64,000 nt of DNA, taken from the NCBI GenBank assembly GCA_951406725.2, contig OX597843.1, positions 20,274,001-20,338,000 on the forward strand, in the 5' to 3' direction. The notes beneath the pieces were generated by a model. The model was not told where the DNA came from and made no database searches. It worked only from the letters and a program-made list of their open reading frames with translations. This stretch comes from Octopus vulgaris (Eukaryota). Positions within the stretch are counted from its first letter, which is position 1. Each line of letters opens with the position of its first letter. Shown in pieces: positions 26,378 through 39,724 of this stretch. Position numbers and translations under genes: made by a program.

Positions 26378-28075
26378 GTGTTGTGTGGACGCCCCCAGAC
26401 GATGAAGTAGGCTAGCTCAATACGTAGATATAGAGGGAGAAGTCTAGACGTCGAAGTAGAGTCGAGTTGAGTAGAGAATTTTGTAGTTGTTAGGTGTTGT
26501 TTTTGAGTTCGAGTTGTTGAAGTTGAGTTGTATTTGTGAGTGGAACGTGAATTTATTGTTGGTTGTTGCTGTTGTTGATACCGTTGTTAATATCGTTAAA
26601 GTTTTGTTGAGTTGATTTTTCCCATTGAGGAAAATGGAGAAGGTGCCAGCGGGCGGCCACAGCTGTGCAGCCGCAACTGGAGGAGAAGCGGGGAGAGAAA
26701 CATTGGAGAATTTTGAAGTAGAGGTCGAGGCCAGGAGGATGGAAGCTGGCGAGAGGCTGATTAGTGGGGAAATCGAGAAGATGAAATTGATACCACCCGA
26801 GGAGCTAGTGAACAGTGTTATGAGGCAGACAGTGACATACAGGACTGTGAGGGTCGCTACAGGAAGGATCGAGATAGCAACTGTGGAGGGGATCGAGAGG
26901 ATGTTGGAAGGCATGAAAGGATGATAACCTTCGGAACAGGATGCAGGGAGTATGCAACTGTTGATGTGCGTTTTACATCGGAGGAGGAAGCGATGAGGCA
27001 TGCTACGGAGGCGGTCCGCTCAGAAGAATGGATTCTTCTGCCATCCTGTTGCGGCGGACGTGTGGTGAGGGTTCGGTTGGGCCAGGTGCCACCTGAGCTG
27101 GAGGAGGCATGGCTGATGACGGCCATTGTGTACAACATGGAGGACGAGGCTGGAATATTGAGGGCCACCAGAGTAAACAAGCTGCTGGGGCTGTGGGTTG
27201 GAGCTAACAATCCAGGCTAAAGTGGAGGACTTGAACGGAATGGCCAAGGAGATAGTGTTGCACTGGGAGTGAAGGTGGAAAGCAGGCCACTTGTGTGTTT
27301 CGAGTGTGGCGAGGAGGGACACATGAAGGCGAGATACCCACGGAGGGAGCAGAGAGAGACTGAAGAGGGTGTCGAGCAGGCATTGACAGTAGAGAATAAT
27401 GAGAAACAGCGGAAGAAGAATTCACGCTAGTGGAAAGAAAAAGGAGGAGCGGTAGGGTACGTCCGCCATCGACTAACCAACAAAAGAAGAAAGAAGAGGT
27501 GGGAAAGAAAGAGATAACGAGAAAGAAAGATGATAAAAGTGAAACGGAAAAGGAAAGTGAAAAAATAACTAAGAAGATGTGTGACAATGAGTCAGGGAAG
27601 GGGGAAGCAAGTATGAAGATGACAGGTGAATTGACGGAAGATTCAAGAACTCAACTACAAGAGGGTGAGATGGAGAAACTGAAGACAGAGAAAGAGAAGG
27701 TCTCAGACTCAGAGAAGTGTATAGAGGAACCTATAATAAAAAAGTAGTAAAAGAAGAAAGGAGAAGACCGAAAGGGGGTAAGAAAAAATGGAATTTTGTG
27801 ACGTATTCTAAGAACAAGTAAGTGGAGAAACAAATCGTAAAGTTCAGGCACATCATAAGGGTAAAGTTGTGCAATGACGTGAACCAAGAGAGTGTGAAGG
27901 TCATTGTGGTCGATAGGGAAACCTATAATAAACTTAGAGATATGTGCGGGGATTGAATTGACCCGGCCAGAGCGTTGGTGGCGTTCAACGTGCTGCCACC
28001 AGTAATTGATCTGTTAGAACTGAAGCCGTATATGAGACGTTAAAGGGGAAAAAAGGAAAAAAAAGAAAGGAAAAC
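26378..28075 (+). mobile_element. ORF1-only L1/Tx1-related retroelement (HAL1-like), decayed
   Basis: EYATVDVRFTS...LLPSCCGGRVVRV, knuckle RPLVCFECGEEGH (~27285-27325), K/E-rich tail and A-rich end. No RT. Confidence 0.7.
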
Positions 28076-28089
28076 GTTTCATATTTGTG

Positions 28090-29650
28090 TCTTATTTCGC
28101 AAGGCGACTTTTCCGAAGTAAATGAAGTTATAACTAAGGTAGTATAGGTTACTTTTATTAAACGTAACTCGGCCGGGAACTTTATGATACCACTTCGTAT
28201 ATATACGAAAAGTTACCGTGTACCCAATTAACTAACATACACGGGTTTGTTCGGCTGAAGACCAGAGTACCCGCAGAGGGACAGAATACGGAAGCAAAAT
28301 TGTTTTCACACAGCCATACCAACGTCTAAGCGTATACTCACACATACACACACATACATGACGGAAATGGAAAATTAATTTTACGAGATTCGTCAATCAC
28401 TACGGCCGTTTCAGCCCGTCTTCAATCGGCCACTCACGGATGAGATAATGGTCGATTGGCCACAGTGTATTTTTCTTTGCAGATGTTTCTCGTCAGTTGA
28501 CGTTTCAAAAAGCACCTCGCTCAATAAACTCGGTTTCACTCGGTTCGATTATAATGTATTTCGTTATGTTAAGAAGAAGAACAACAAAACAACAACAACA
28601 ACAACAACACCCACGACATCAACAACAACAAAATCAGTAACAACGAGGAAGTCGATGATGAAGAAAAGATAGTAGCAATAAAACAGACAAGATGGACAAG
28701 CAAAACAATCTGACAATTGCGAATGAGGATAGAAAAGACAATAAAAATATATCAACGTAAGTAATATCATTACACATACACATAAACGTACGAGGGACAC
28801 GCCAAACTTTGTTTTATGTTGTGGAAGACTGACTACACTAACATCCTTCCTAAAGAAATTGAAACGGCATAAGCAGCCATCACAATGGACAGTTTGACCA
28901 AATTGCCCCAGCTGTAGCTCACTGTACAAATAGAAAATGACGACTACCAACTTCAGCACGTCATGTAATTGTAGAGTTTAAAATAATTCATATCAATGAA
29001 GCAGAATCTCAAAAAAAGGGAGAATGAATATATTTCTATACGTTCTTACATTTTCTTGAAGTGTATATAGATTTTTCAAGCGAATTCTGCATAAATATGT
29101 ATTTCATAATATACCCACCTGTAGACGCGAATACAAACATACATATTCTCATTCAATCGTACACTCATACACAAAATATTAGATATCGATGCTGACGCAT
29201 ACAGACACCAACAATTGCAGATACTTTCATACACACGAATATGGTAGCGGAATATGCGTTAGAGATAAAGAGAGAAAAAGAAAGATGAAAAGACATGGAA
29301 TCCCTTGTGGGATGGTTGTGATCTGATTCGACCGGGGATTTCTGAAACATAAAACACGGGTCAAAAGAAAAAGTATTAAAAAGATTTCTGATAAAATATT
29401 AAATCTTGTATCTTTAGAATCATATTAAAAAAAAAGGACGATGAAGAAGAAAATGGCCGAGATGATGTTGATGATGATGATGAGGGGGAGGAGGATGGCG
29501 ATGTTGATGGTAAATGTTGTAATAAGGACGGTGAGGAGGATTCGGGGGATAATGATGATGATGATTATCGAGAACGACGAGAAAGGCTTCGATGAATTGG
29601 TGATGACGATGTTGATTATTGTGATGTCCATAACGAAGGTGATGACGATC
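28090..29650 (+). repeat. Mariner right end + SINE fragment + block Y, paralogous to 59700-61465
   Basis: Colinear identity across unrelated sub-elements. Confidence 0.9.
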
Positions 29651-29986
29651 TTATAATAATTCTGCTTGTCATTATGTTAATTAGTCCGTCGGTAACGCTT
29701 TCTTGTGATTAGAGGAAAATAGGGAAAGTGAAGTGTCGATGATATGAGGTAGAAGGAACGTAACTGTAACGCTTTCACGTGATAGGTGAATGCAAAGAGA
29801 GACCAAAAAGAAGGAGAAAGGAGAGAGAAAAAGAGGAAGAGGGCATGTGGTAGGGGGAACGTAATATTTATTACACGATAAAAAAAGTTAGTTGAAGGTA
29901 GTGATATTGAGGAGGGTTAGGAATATAATTTAGGTAGAGGGGTGACGTTCTGATGGTGAGATTAAAGAAAAACATATATATGTATA

Positions 29987-30033
<47 letters not shown>

Positions 30034-30062
30034 ATATATATATATAGATATATATATATATG

Positions 30063-30095
<33 letters not shown>

Positions 30096-33000
30096 GTATA
30101 TACATATATATAAATATATATATATATAAATATATATATATGTATATATCTATATATCAGTAGATAAAAAGGGAAGCTAAGAGAGATGGTGGTAGGGGTG
30201 GTGGGGGTAGTGGTAGTAAGTATTTTAAATCCCCTATTACCTAACGCATGATGAAATATTCACACTTATATACAGTGTCATATGTACGTCGTATAAATAA
30301 ACTACAATTAAATATATATTATAATGAAAGTACCAGGAGTGTAAATGTACAATTGCGAAATTGTGAACTACACTTCAGAAAAAAGGGGTTATATAAGGCA
30401 TTACAATTTTTCCACAAGCAATGAAATAGCTGCACCGTGAAAACAGAGACATTCTTGTCTATCCATGGAATACACCTGCAGAGCGAATCTCGCAGACATT
30501 GTGCGATCTAGTCCCAATGAGTAATCCACTTCTATTCCCTCATGGAAAGTTCGGATGGCACTGTGAGATTCTACATGTGGCGAAACGCAGAACATCCGCT
30601 CGCAGACGACTCACGATGTAATTTAGGGTTACTGATTGCAGTACCTTGGGGACCATCAATCCCAGTTGCTCGTAGAGCAGTACAGTGGACTTATGGACTA
30701 CCTGCAGAGAGGTGTTGATGAGAATGTTGAGCCAGGAGCTGTCCTCGGAATATGCATCAATATTATCAGGATGCAATGTCAATTGCATCAGAGTATGGTA
30801 AACCTGACCTAATTGTCACATATACATCCAACCCTAAGTGCCATGAAATAGAAAATAATCTGCAGCGAAATGGGACACCAGGGAACTGACCAGATTTGGT
30901 TGCAAGAGTGTACAGGTTGCATCTCACTGAACGTCTGAAGGATATAACGGACAGACACGTATTTGATGTATCAATAGCTCATGCCCATGTCACCGAGTTT
31001 CAAAAGAGAAGGCTTCCACACTGCCATATGCTGGTAGACAAAGTTAAGAAATTCATGATACATGGCCTTTTCATGTAGAATGGCTCTTGCCCCAAAATGT
31101 TTCCCAAGAACTACAGAAATGAGATGCTACTAAATAATAATGGATATCCATAGAACAGGAGGCTCAATAATGGGATCGCAGCACAAGTTGGATGCCATTC
31201 TGTTGAAAACAGGTATGTCGTACCATACAATGCTTACCTATTAAAGCAATTCCGAGCTCATATCAATATAGAAGTTGGCTCCTCTGCAAAAAGTGTCAAG
31301 TACATCTACAAATAAGTCCACAAAGATCATAATAGCGATTCAATTGAAGTAAGGAATGATGCAATGGCGGAAGGCAAACAAATTCAGCAAAACCATGGTG
31401 AAATCAGAAGTTATTTTGCATGTCGATACGTTTCACCTCCTGAAGCGATGTGGAGAATATCTCAGTACAATCTGCATGACTCCTCTCACACTGTTTACAG
31501 TCTAGCAGTTCAATTTGAAGACCAGAAGAGACTGTGCTTTCACAGAGGTAACACTCGGTAACCTTCTCAAGAACAGAGATCGATCGTGACAATACATTCA
31601 AACTGAATGAGCACGATGAAAATTAACGGAAATACTTGTGCCCTGACATTCCTTTACGTTAAGTATTTGCTGTACGTACAAAATCATGAACACACGGGAG
31701 AAGAAACAATAACATCGGCAGCAGAATGAACACAGTGAGTCCTAAGGACGTAGAAACATTTCATTTACGATTGCTATTTTGGATGTTCCAGGTACTAAGA
31801 GCTTTGAGAAGTGAGCACTGTAGGAGGTGAAATCTGTGCAATATTTAAAGATGCGTACATATGACTTGGTCTTCTCCAAAATTATGTGATGTTGGAACAT
31901 GCCATACTAAAGGTGCTGCATATCGGAGGGCATTTCAGCCGCGTATCACGGTTGTTGTCCTTTGCACCTATTCAAATCCTTCAAAGGTCCTTCGCCTGAG
32001 GAACACTCACAAGAATACCATGATGGTAGATTATGCTCAGCGAGGTTTGAATGCATACTCTACACTCTATAAATTCTATGCAAATTGAAACTGGCATTAG
32101 CGGTCTTAATGTTGGCTTGTCTGAACCAGTTCGAGTGTAACGGGTAGGGCATAAACATGACATGAACCACCCCGGCATTGCAACGGTTACCGATGAACAG
32201 AGAGTGATCGCTGATGCAGTCATTGAAGACAGTTGATGATAAAAGGTGAGGTGAGGTGCTGGAATGTTCCTGCTTCTATGCAGAGGTTCCTGGAGGTTGG
32301 GACAAGACTTACATATTTAATACGCTGATCTCACATCTACGAAGGAGAAACTATCAAATGGTGCGTGCAGAGGCATAGCTTCAACATTGATGTCTGGTGG
32401 AAGGACGGTGCACAGTTTGCTCAAATTGCCCGTTCCTCTGTTGGAAACTAGCTTTTGCAGTGTACCACCCATCTCTGACCAGATATTATTTGAGAAATTT
32501 GTATTTGATTATTATAGATCAGGCTTCCATGATCCCTCTGTATGCTTTTCCTGCTAATGACAAAGCTCTGAAAGAAATCACTGGCAACAATGAAGGTTAC
32601 GGTTGAAAAGTTGTGCTCATTGGTAGAGACTTCAGGCAAGTTCTGCCAATATTGCCAAGAGGAACTCGTGAGGCAGTAATTCAGATCTCCATTAAGAACT
32701 CTCCTCTCTGGTTATACTTCAGACATTTATATGTTGAGCCAAAATCGAGCAATAACAGATCGAAGACAATTTGCAGCATGGCCACTACACTTTGACTATG
32801 GCACCACAACGCTTATGCAAGATCCAAGCGAGTCAGTGATGATATAAACGTGCTACGTGATTTATGCTTTAATGGGTCGCTGATAAATGAGGCTTTTTGG
32901 CAATGCCCCTCAAGAACAAATAACAAGTAGAGTGATCCTCTCACCAAAAAGTTCAGACTGCTTAAAGATAAACGAAGGGGTTATGGATAAACTCCAAAGG

Positions 33001-34030
33001 TGACCAGTGCTTTTAATACAGCATGGATAAGGTCTTCACAGATGACCTGCTGAAGCTGAGCGATATTCACTGGAATTTCTGATTTCATGGACACCATCTG
33101 GAATGCCACCTCCTAGATTGCATTTGAAACCTGACTCCATAATCATGCTCCTGAGGAATATTTCAATGAAAATTGTCTCTATAACGGAACAAGACTGAAA
33201 GTGGAGGCCCTCCATCAAAACTCCATTGAAGCCTCAATAATAAGTGGCACATTGATCGGGAGACGTATTCTCATTCACAGAATAAGGCTGGTACTAAGAA
33301 ACCAAATCCCGTTCGCTTGACAATTGCAATGACTATCAATAAATCACATGGGCAGACATTTGATAAACTGGAGCGATCCTTGCCTGAACCTGCGTATTAA
33401 TGGTCAGCTATATGTTGTTTCCCAAAGGGCTCACAAACATTATCTGATTATTTAAGTTAAAGTTATCAACACTGACAAACAAGGGAAAAGAAGAGGGAGA
33501 GGTTACGCGAACAACACAATCTGTAACGAAGTATTGGATTGAAAGGTGTACGCAAATTGAAATATATATAAGCTCTGATGCACCGCCTTTCTTATGAACT
33601 ACCAACGATGTGGCTTTCAGACGATGCCATGTTGCATTAAATTTTCAACCCTATCTTTTACCTATAAAATCATTTTTTTACTACAATATTTTTGTTTTCT
33701 TGATATGAATTTGTGGCCATGTGAAATTTAAAATGCAATTTTTTTCTCTCCATGGGGTAAATGGAAAAAATATTAAATATTTATTTTATGATTGCTGTGT
33801 ATTAAGTCTATAAAATCGTACATGAAGTATATAAAGTACATATATAAAGTGCATTAAGTAATCATCGTATTTCAGTTTCCTTCAATTTTCATTGAATAGC
33901 AGATGAGAAACATTCTTTTCATACACACACAACACAGTCTACGCTTTCAGATTTTTTGGATAAATTTTTCAGGAGTCACCGAAAAGTTTTATTATTAATT
34001 CCTTGGAATATTCATGGAACCCGCTACTGA
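29650..34030 (+). mobile_element. Helitron, decayed autonomous copy
   Basis: Block Z, then Rep/Hel, then a possible degenerate 3' hairpin + CTAC(T) at about 34000-34028. Confidence 0.8.
30400..33543 (+). pseudogene. Helitron Rep (HUH) / PIF1 helicase
   Basis: YGKPDLIVT, EFQKRRLPHCH, YVVPYN, SVKYIYK, RYVSPPEAMWR, IIDQASM, DFRQVLP, AMTINKSHGQT and GQLYV motifs, with many stops. Confidence 0.95.
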
Positions 34031-34329
34031 AATAATAAATGCTGAGTATTAAGAATCAGATGAAGTGAGAAAAGAGGACAATGAGAGAGAAGGGTGAGAC
34101 GATGATGACTATCAATATTATGATCGTGATGATGATGACGAAGATGATGATGATGATGATGACAGCGAATATGTTGATCATAAGTACGATGTTGAAGTTT
34201 GTTATGATGATGAGCATGAATATGACGAGAAAACGGATGAGAATGTTGATATTGATGTTATCACTGAATATTCAAACAATTCAGATGAAAAAGAAGAGGA
34301 GGAGAACAATAGGATGAAGATGAAATGAA

Positions 34330-34860
34330 GAATTCCTGCAGATTACTCAATAGTTCAACGAAGGTATTTTCTTTTTCGTTGATCTTTAGCTTCATGTTAA
34401 CATCCACTGGGCAGCTGATTTCCACAAGTGTACACAGTTTCTCTCTTCAATCCCAAATCACCATGTCAGGTCTATTATGTTTACATTACATTGGGATTTC
34501 CCCTGGGACATTCCGGCAGCGCTCCATTTTATTGGTAGCGGTTTTAGCTCGCACCATATTGTGGGATTATATTTCTTTATATTTGGAATTATCCTTCCGA
34601 CGGATTTCATTATACAGTGTCCTAGCTACATCATGTCACATCGGTAGATAAAATCAAGATGACATTTTCGGACAACTGCTTGTAATATGGGTGATATCTT
34701 CAGTGTTACCGCCACGTAATCTGCATCGGCTGTCACGCTTTACTGTTTTGCCTGCCTCTTTGTCCCTTTTGTGCATCAGGTATTTGTTTGATATTTCCTG
34801 TTCCTTGATTGCAAACGGATACCTTTCAAATTAGGAGATAGTAATCCGGTTGTTGGACCA
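34330..34860 (-). mobile_element. RLE-type LINE C-terminus (R4/Dong-like)
   Basis: FAIKEQEI..RCRL..EDITHITSSCP (CCHC) and PDMVIWD..LVEISCPVDVN (restriction-like endonuclease). Confidence 0.8.
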
Positions 34861-36010
34861 TGTATATATATGTATGTACGGATGAACCTACCTTTTATCT
34901 CTTCTCTGTACTAGCCAGTATACGGCGACCATACTGGAGTATCACATTAAAAAGTATTACTCGAACAAATCGAACTCATTACTTATTTTTATAAAGTTTG
35001 CTACTTATTCTATCACTCCCTTTTGCTGAAGCGTTAATTTGCAGAGACGCAAAGAGACCACCACCTTTGAGCTTGTGTTTGTCCCCTACCATCTCTTGAC
35101 AATATATATGTATATATATCTAATACATCAAATCCATTCTGTCTGTTTGTGCGCTTATAACTCGAGTATTTTTCATCCAATCGCACTGTAATTTTAAACA
35201 TGGACATATGAGAGAGCAGGGCGTTCTGTAATCTGAAATGATTTTCAAAATTGCTGGTTTCAAAATAAGAATCGCTAGTTTTGTAATCTTTTCGTCCTGT
35301 TTTTCCGCCATTAAAAGCAACGAGCTTGTTCAGAGAGCCAGCACATACCATTTAGCTAGCAACAAGTGGCGTACATGATGACAGTCAGCCAAAACCATCG
35401 CTATGCTGTCTCTCTTCGTTCCTCTCTCTGTCTCTCTTATGATGTCCGATTCCACTTGAAGTTGTATATATATTGTGTTAAGATTCGTTTTCAATCATTT
35501 ATCCTTATGGAGAAGAAACAGTCAAAAGTAACCACCACATACAATAAACAAACATCTCCACTACTTTACACCGTCCAAGTTAACCCTCTTCACTTTTGCA
35601 GCTGACATGAAAAACTACGCAAAAAAGAGAAACGATCAATTGCTATTAAAACAGGTAAGATTTTGGTGTTAATAACCTTAACCTTTAGTTAGAGTTTCTC
35701 ATTCAAACTACATAATGGGTAGGGTTTTTGAGGGAGATTTGGCTGCTATTTCCCCTAGCTACATTGTAGAGGTCTGCTTCATTGGCTCATACATAAATAT
35801 ATACATACATATATACATAAAATCGAAATAAAATACTTAAAGCAACAGTCGTCAAATAGAAAAGCCAAGGTCCATGCAGTGTCATGGCCAAAACAATTTC
35901 CAGCCTCTTGCCTAATGCGAGCCCAGAGCAATCTTTTATCTCTTACACTATTTCAGTATTACGTCTGTATTGTAATGCGAGATAATACTTTCAGTTTGAA
36001 AGAAGCCTGT

Positions 36011-36075
<65 letters not shown>

Positions 36076-36594
36076 ATTCCGTATGCATTCCAAAACCGAA
36101 TTACAGATTTTGACGTATGGGGTTACACATGTTACATATAAATTCCTCTATTTACATAATACTGAGGTCCCATTCATTCTTTTGTTGGTATACCGCTACT
36201 ATTAATATATATATATGTAAGAGAAGGGATATAATATCAAAGCAGATAGCGAATGGCAAGGCTGGATCCTTCAGATGGTAGGTTTTACGCTAAATGTCCT
36301 TTAGGTCCCAATCGATGTAACAGTTTCTTTTTTGGCAACGTAGATATACAGTCTAATAATGATAATAATGGGATTGAGTTTGTATATTCAAATTCTTAAT
36401 TCTCTCTGTCTCTCTCTCACTCTTTCTTACTTTCATTCTATCTTTCTTTCTTTCTCCCTTTCGCTTTCTCTCTCACTCTCTCTCTCTACACATATTTACT
36501 TATTAATTGAAGATATACTCATTAAAATGTTATTTGTTATAAACATTTATATATGTATATGTTAGGGTGTGTGTGTGTAAGTACATGTATATAT

Positions 36595-39310
36595 AAAGAA
36601 GAACTGGATGCTCATATCAAGGAAACCTACAACGATCCGCACCGTAACCAGCCGCTGCCACCTCTACATGGGCTAAATCATCTCTCAGGACCTGATATCG
36701 AATTCCAGATTGGGGACATCAGAGAGAGAGAGGTGAATGACTTCGTAAGAAAAGCTAGAGCAAAGAGTGCCGCAGGATGTGATGGCGTCTCATATAAAGC
36801 CTACAAGTACTGCAATCGTCTGCGAAAGAAGCTCTTCGTCCTTCTCCGAAAACTGTGGCGCGAGGAGACTATAGTAGAGGATTGGTGTAAGGCAGAGGAT
36901 TGGTGTAAGGCAGAGGATTGGTGTAAGGCAGAATGTATATACCTGCCGACAGAGGCCAATGCAAAGACCATAAAACAGTTTAGGCCGATATCCCTATTGA
37001 ATGTGGAAGGCAAGATCTTTATGGGAATTCCGTCGAGGAGAACAGTGACATATTTACAGAGTAACAGATATGTTGATGAACATGTTCAAAAGGCCGGAAA
37101 CCCCGGGATCCCTGGATGCGTTGAACACTGTTTTTCGATTTGGAAAGCGATCCAGGACGCCAAACAGAACCTGAAAAGTCTGAACATGGTAAGGCTCGAC
37201 CTAGCTAACGCGTGGTTCAGTGCCACACGAATTACTAATAAGAGCCATGGACCACCTTCATATTCCTGACAAAGTGATCAAAATAATGAGGATGTACTAT
37301 GACAGTTTCGAGGTTGGCATTGCTGCTGGCTGTACAATATCTATCACATTGTTTATCTTGGTCATGGAGTTGATTTTGAAAGGTGTAGATTTTCCGGAAC
37401 AAATCGCCCATGTACAATCGCCTAAGAAAGCCTTCATGGATGACGTGTCATTTCTAGCTACAGATAAACAAATCATGCAGAATGCTCTCTTGAGATTAGA
37501 CGAACTTGTAAGGTGGTCAAGGACGCGATTTAGAGCAAAAAAGTCGCGTAGTCTGACATTTGTTAAGGGAGTGCAGAAAGAATTTAAGTTTCGGATATCT
37601 GAAGAAAGCATTCCAACAGTCAAGGAAGAGCTCGTCAAGAGCTTGGGACGAGTATACGCTGGAACATTGTCAGACAGAAGTCGTGGAATTGAAATTATGA
37701 AACAAGCCGAGGCTGGGTTATCAGCGATTGATAATTCGAAGTTACCAGGTAAATATAAAATTTGGTGCTTGCAGTTCGGCTTGTACCCGCGACTTGCGTG
37801 GCCACTTTTAATATACGAAGTAGCATTGTCACGAGTTGAAAGCATTGAACAAAAATGTAATGTGTTCATTAGAAAGTGGCTAGGCCTAACTCGTATGTTG
37901 AACAGCTCAGCTCTTTATCATAAAAGAGGTTCGTTGCAGCTACCAATAGCATCAATAGTCGAAATATATAAGCTGGGGAAGATACGGACGGTCAGGATGG
38001 TGAGAGAATCGAAGGATATGGAAATCAGGCGTAACCCACCAGAGATGAACACAGCTAGGAAGTGGAAAGCAGAAGCAGAAACTGACGACATTTTGTCTTC
38101 TCTTATACACAGAGATATGGTGGGAGCAACGCAGAATCATCGGAAAGGACTTGGTTTTGGCGCAGATCAATTCAGACCGTTTGCAAGCATGATGCGGAGT
38201 GAACGCAGATCTGTTGTTAGCAACAGCGTCAAAACAAGAGAAGCAGAGAGAAGAGATCTTCATTTGATCCGATGTGTTCATCAAGGTCAGATGACGAGAT
38301 GGGAAGAACATGTTGTTGAGAGGAAGATAAGTTGGGATGAGATGTGAAAGTGGACGACATCTCGGCTGAGTTTCCTGATTCGTTCATCTTATGATGTTTT
38401 GCCATCACCTACGAATTTAGTAAGATGGAACGTCTTAGAGAATGACATCTGCAAATGTGGAAAGGTCGGTACACTAAAACATATTCTTTCCAACTGTTCA
38501 TTAGCATTGAACAGGTATACATGGAGGCACAACTTGGTCCTTAAGGTTATCTTCAATGCTATAAAGAACAAAATTCATCTCAACAACACTGAGGAAAAAC
38601 CGTTGAAAGTACCATCAAGAAATTTCATTACCTTCGTGCGACCAGGTCAGCGGATCCGTTTCAAGAAGAAGATCAAGAAACTTCCTCAGAAAAATGAAAA
38701 GTGGAACGGCTATTAGGAGGTACCTGCAGATTTACCTGGGTGCCAGGTTTTCTTTCCCATCCCAGTTTCGAAAAAACCAGATGTTTTGATGTGGTGTGAA
38801 AGAAAGAAAGTTGTAAATATAGTCGAGATAACGGTTCCTCATGAAGATAATATGGACGCCGCTCGGGTTCGAAAATTGAACCGTTATGAAAACCTCCTCG
38901 AGGAATGTGAAGACGCAGGGTGGAAAGTGGAACATTTTCCTAGCGAAGTCGGATGTAGAGGGTTTGTTGGATACAGCGTGAGACGACTGTTGTTATCGCT
39001 AGGCCTAACTCATCGTAAAGTCAATACCACTATGACTGATATCCAATCTACAGTGGAGAAGGCTAGCCACTGGATTTGGTTAACAAGAGACGATGAGCGA
39101 TGGCTAGAAGTATATTGAGTTTAACTTCATAACCAGCTGATCTAGCAAGCGGGGCCTCATATCAGTGAGGGGGGGCGGTGCGCATTGATGCCGTCGAGAG
39201 GTAGGCCCCGAAACGGCGTGCATTCTCTCCTGATGACCCATACACTTGCTAGCTTCCGGTATACGGAGCTTTCAACTGGTAGCACGAGCATGTGCAAGTT
39301 GTTTGCAAGA
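36595..39310 (+). mobile_element. HERO-clade RLE non-LTR retrotransposon, 5' truncated
   Basis: FRPISLLNVEGKIF, LDLANA, GIAAGCTIS, AFMDD, C-x-C..HILSNC, KPDV..VEITVPHEDN and EVGCRGF motifs. Few stops. Structured 3' UTR. Confidence 0.93.
39142..39252 (+). ncRNA. Permuted/pseudoknotted hammerhead-like RNA in HERO 3' UTR
   Basis: GCCGT-C-GAGAG..GCCCC-GAAA-CGGC..CTCTC-CTGATGA. Helices co-vary with 52614-52722. Confidence 0.6.
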
Positions 39311-39724
39311 CATATATATATTCAAATAAATTCTCTCTCTCTGATTCACAGATCCAGTTCACAGATCCTTGATGATCCTACTAATGGACAGTAAAGACAC
39401 ACGAAACCTAGAAAAAAACCTCTATGAATAAATTATGTAAATGTGACTTTTATTTGTTCCTCAAGATGAAGGAGTTGAAGGGGACTGTAACAGGGGTCCT
39501 GGAGACACTCCCTTTCAGATGAGATTTCAGCTTAGGTCTGTAGATTATTTTCGAAAGCTGCACCGTGAGAGGTTCCACAGTTTAATGTGCCTCTTGGTTA
39601 TCCAAACGATAATCGATGCGAGATGAAGAACTAATTTTAGTATAAATCATTTACGCAATTCGGTAGCTTAATAACACCTACGTTTGATAGGTCCGAAGAC
39701 GTCAGTAGTAATACTGTTTGGAAA

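Noticed and set aside
37220-38347. Intact functional 375-aa protein
   Set aside because: It is a fragment of the frameshifted, stop-containing HERO ORF.
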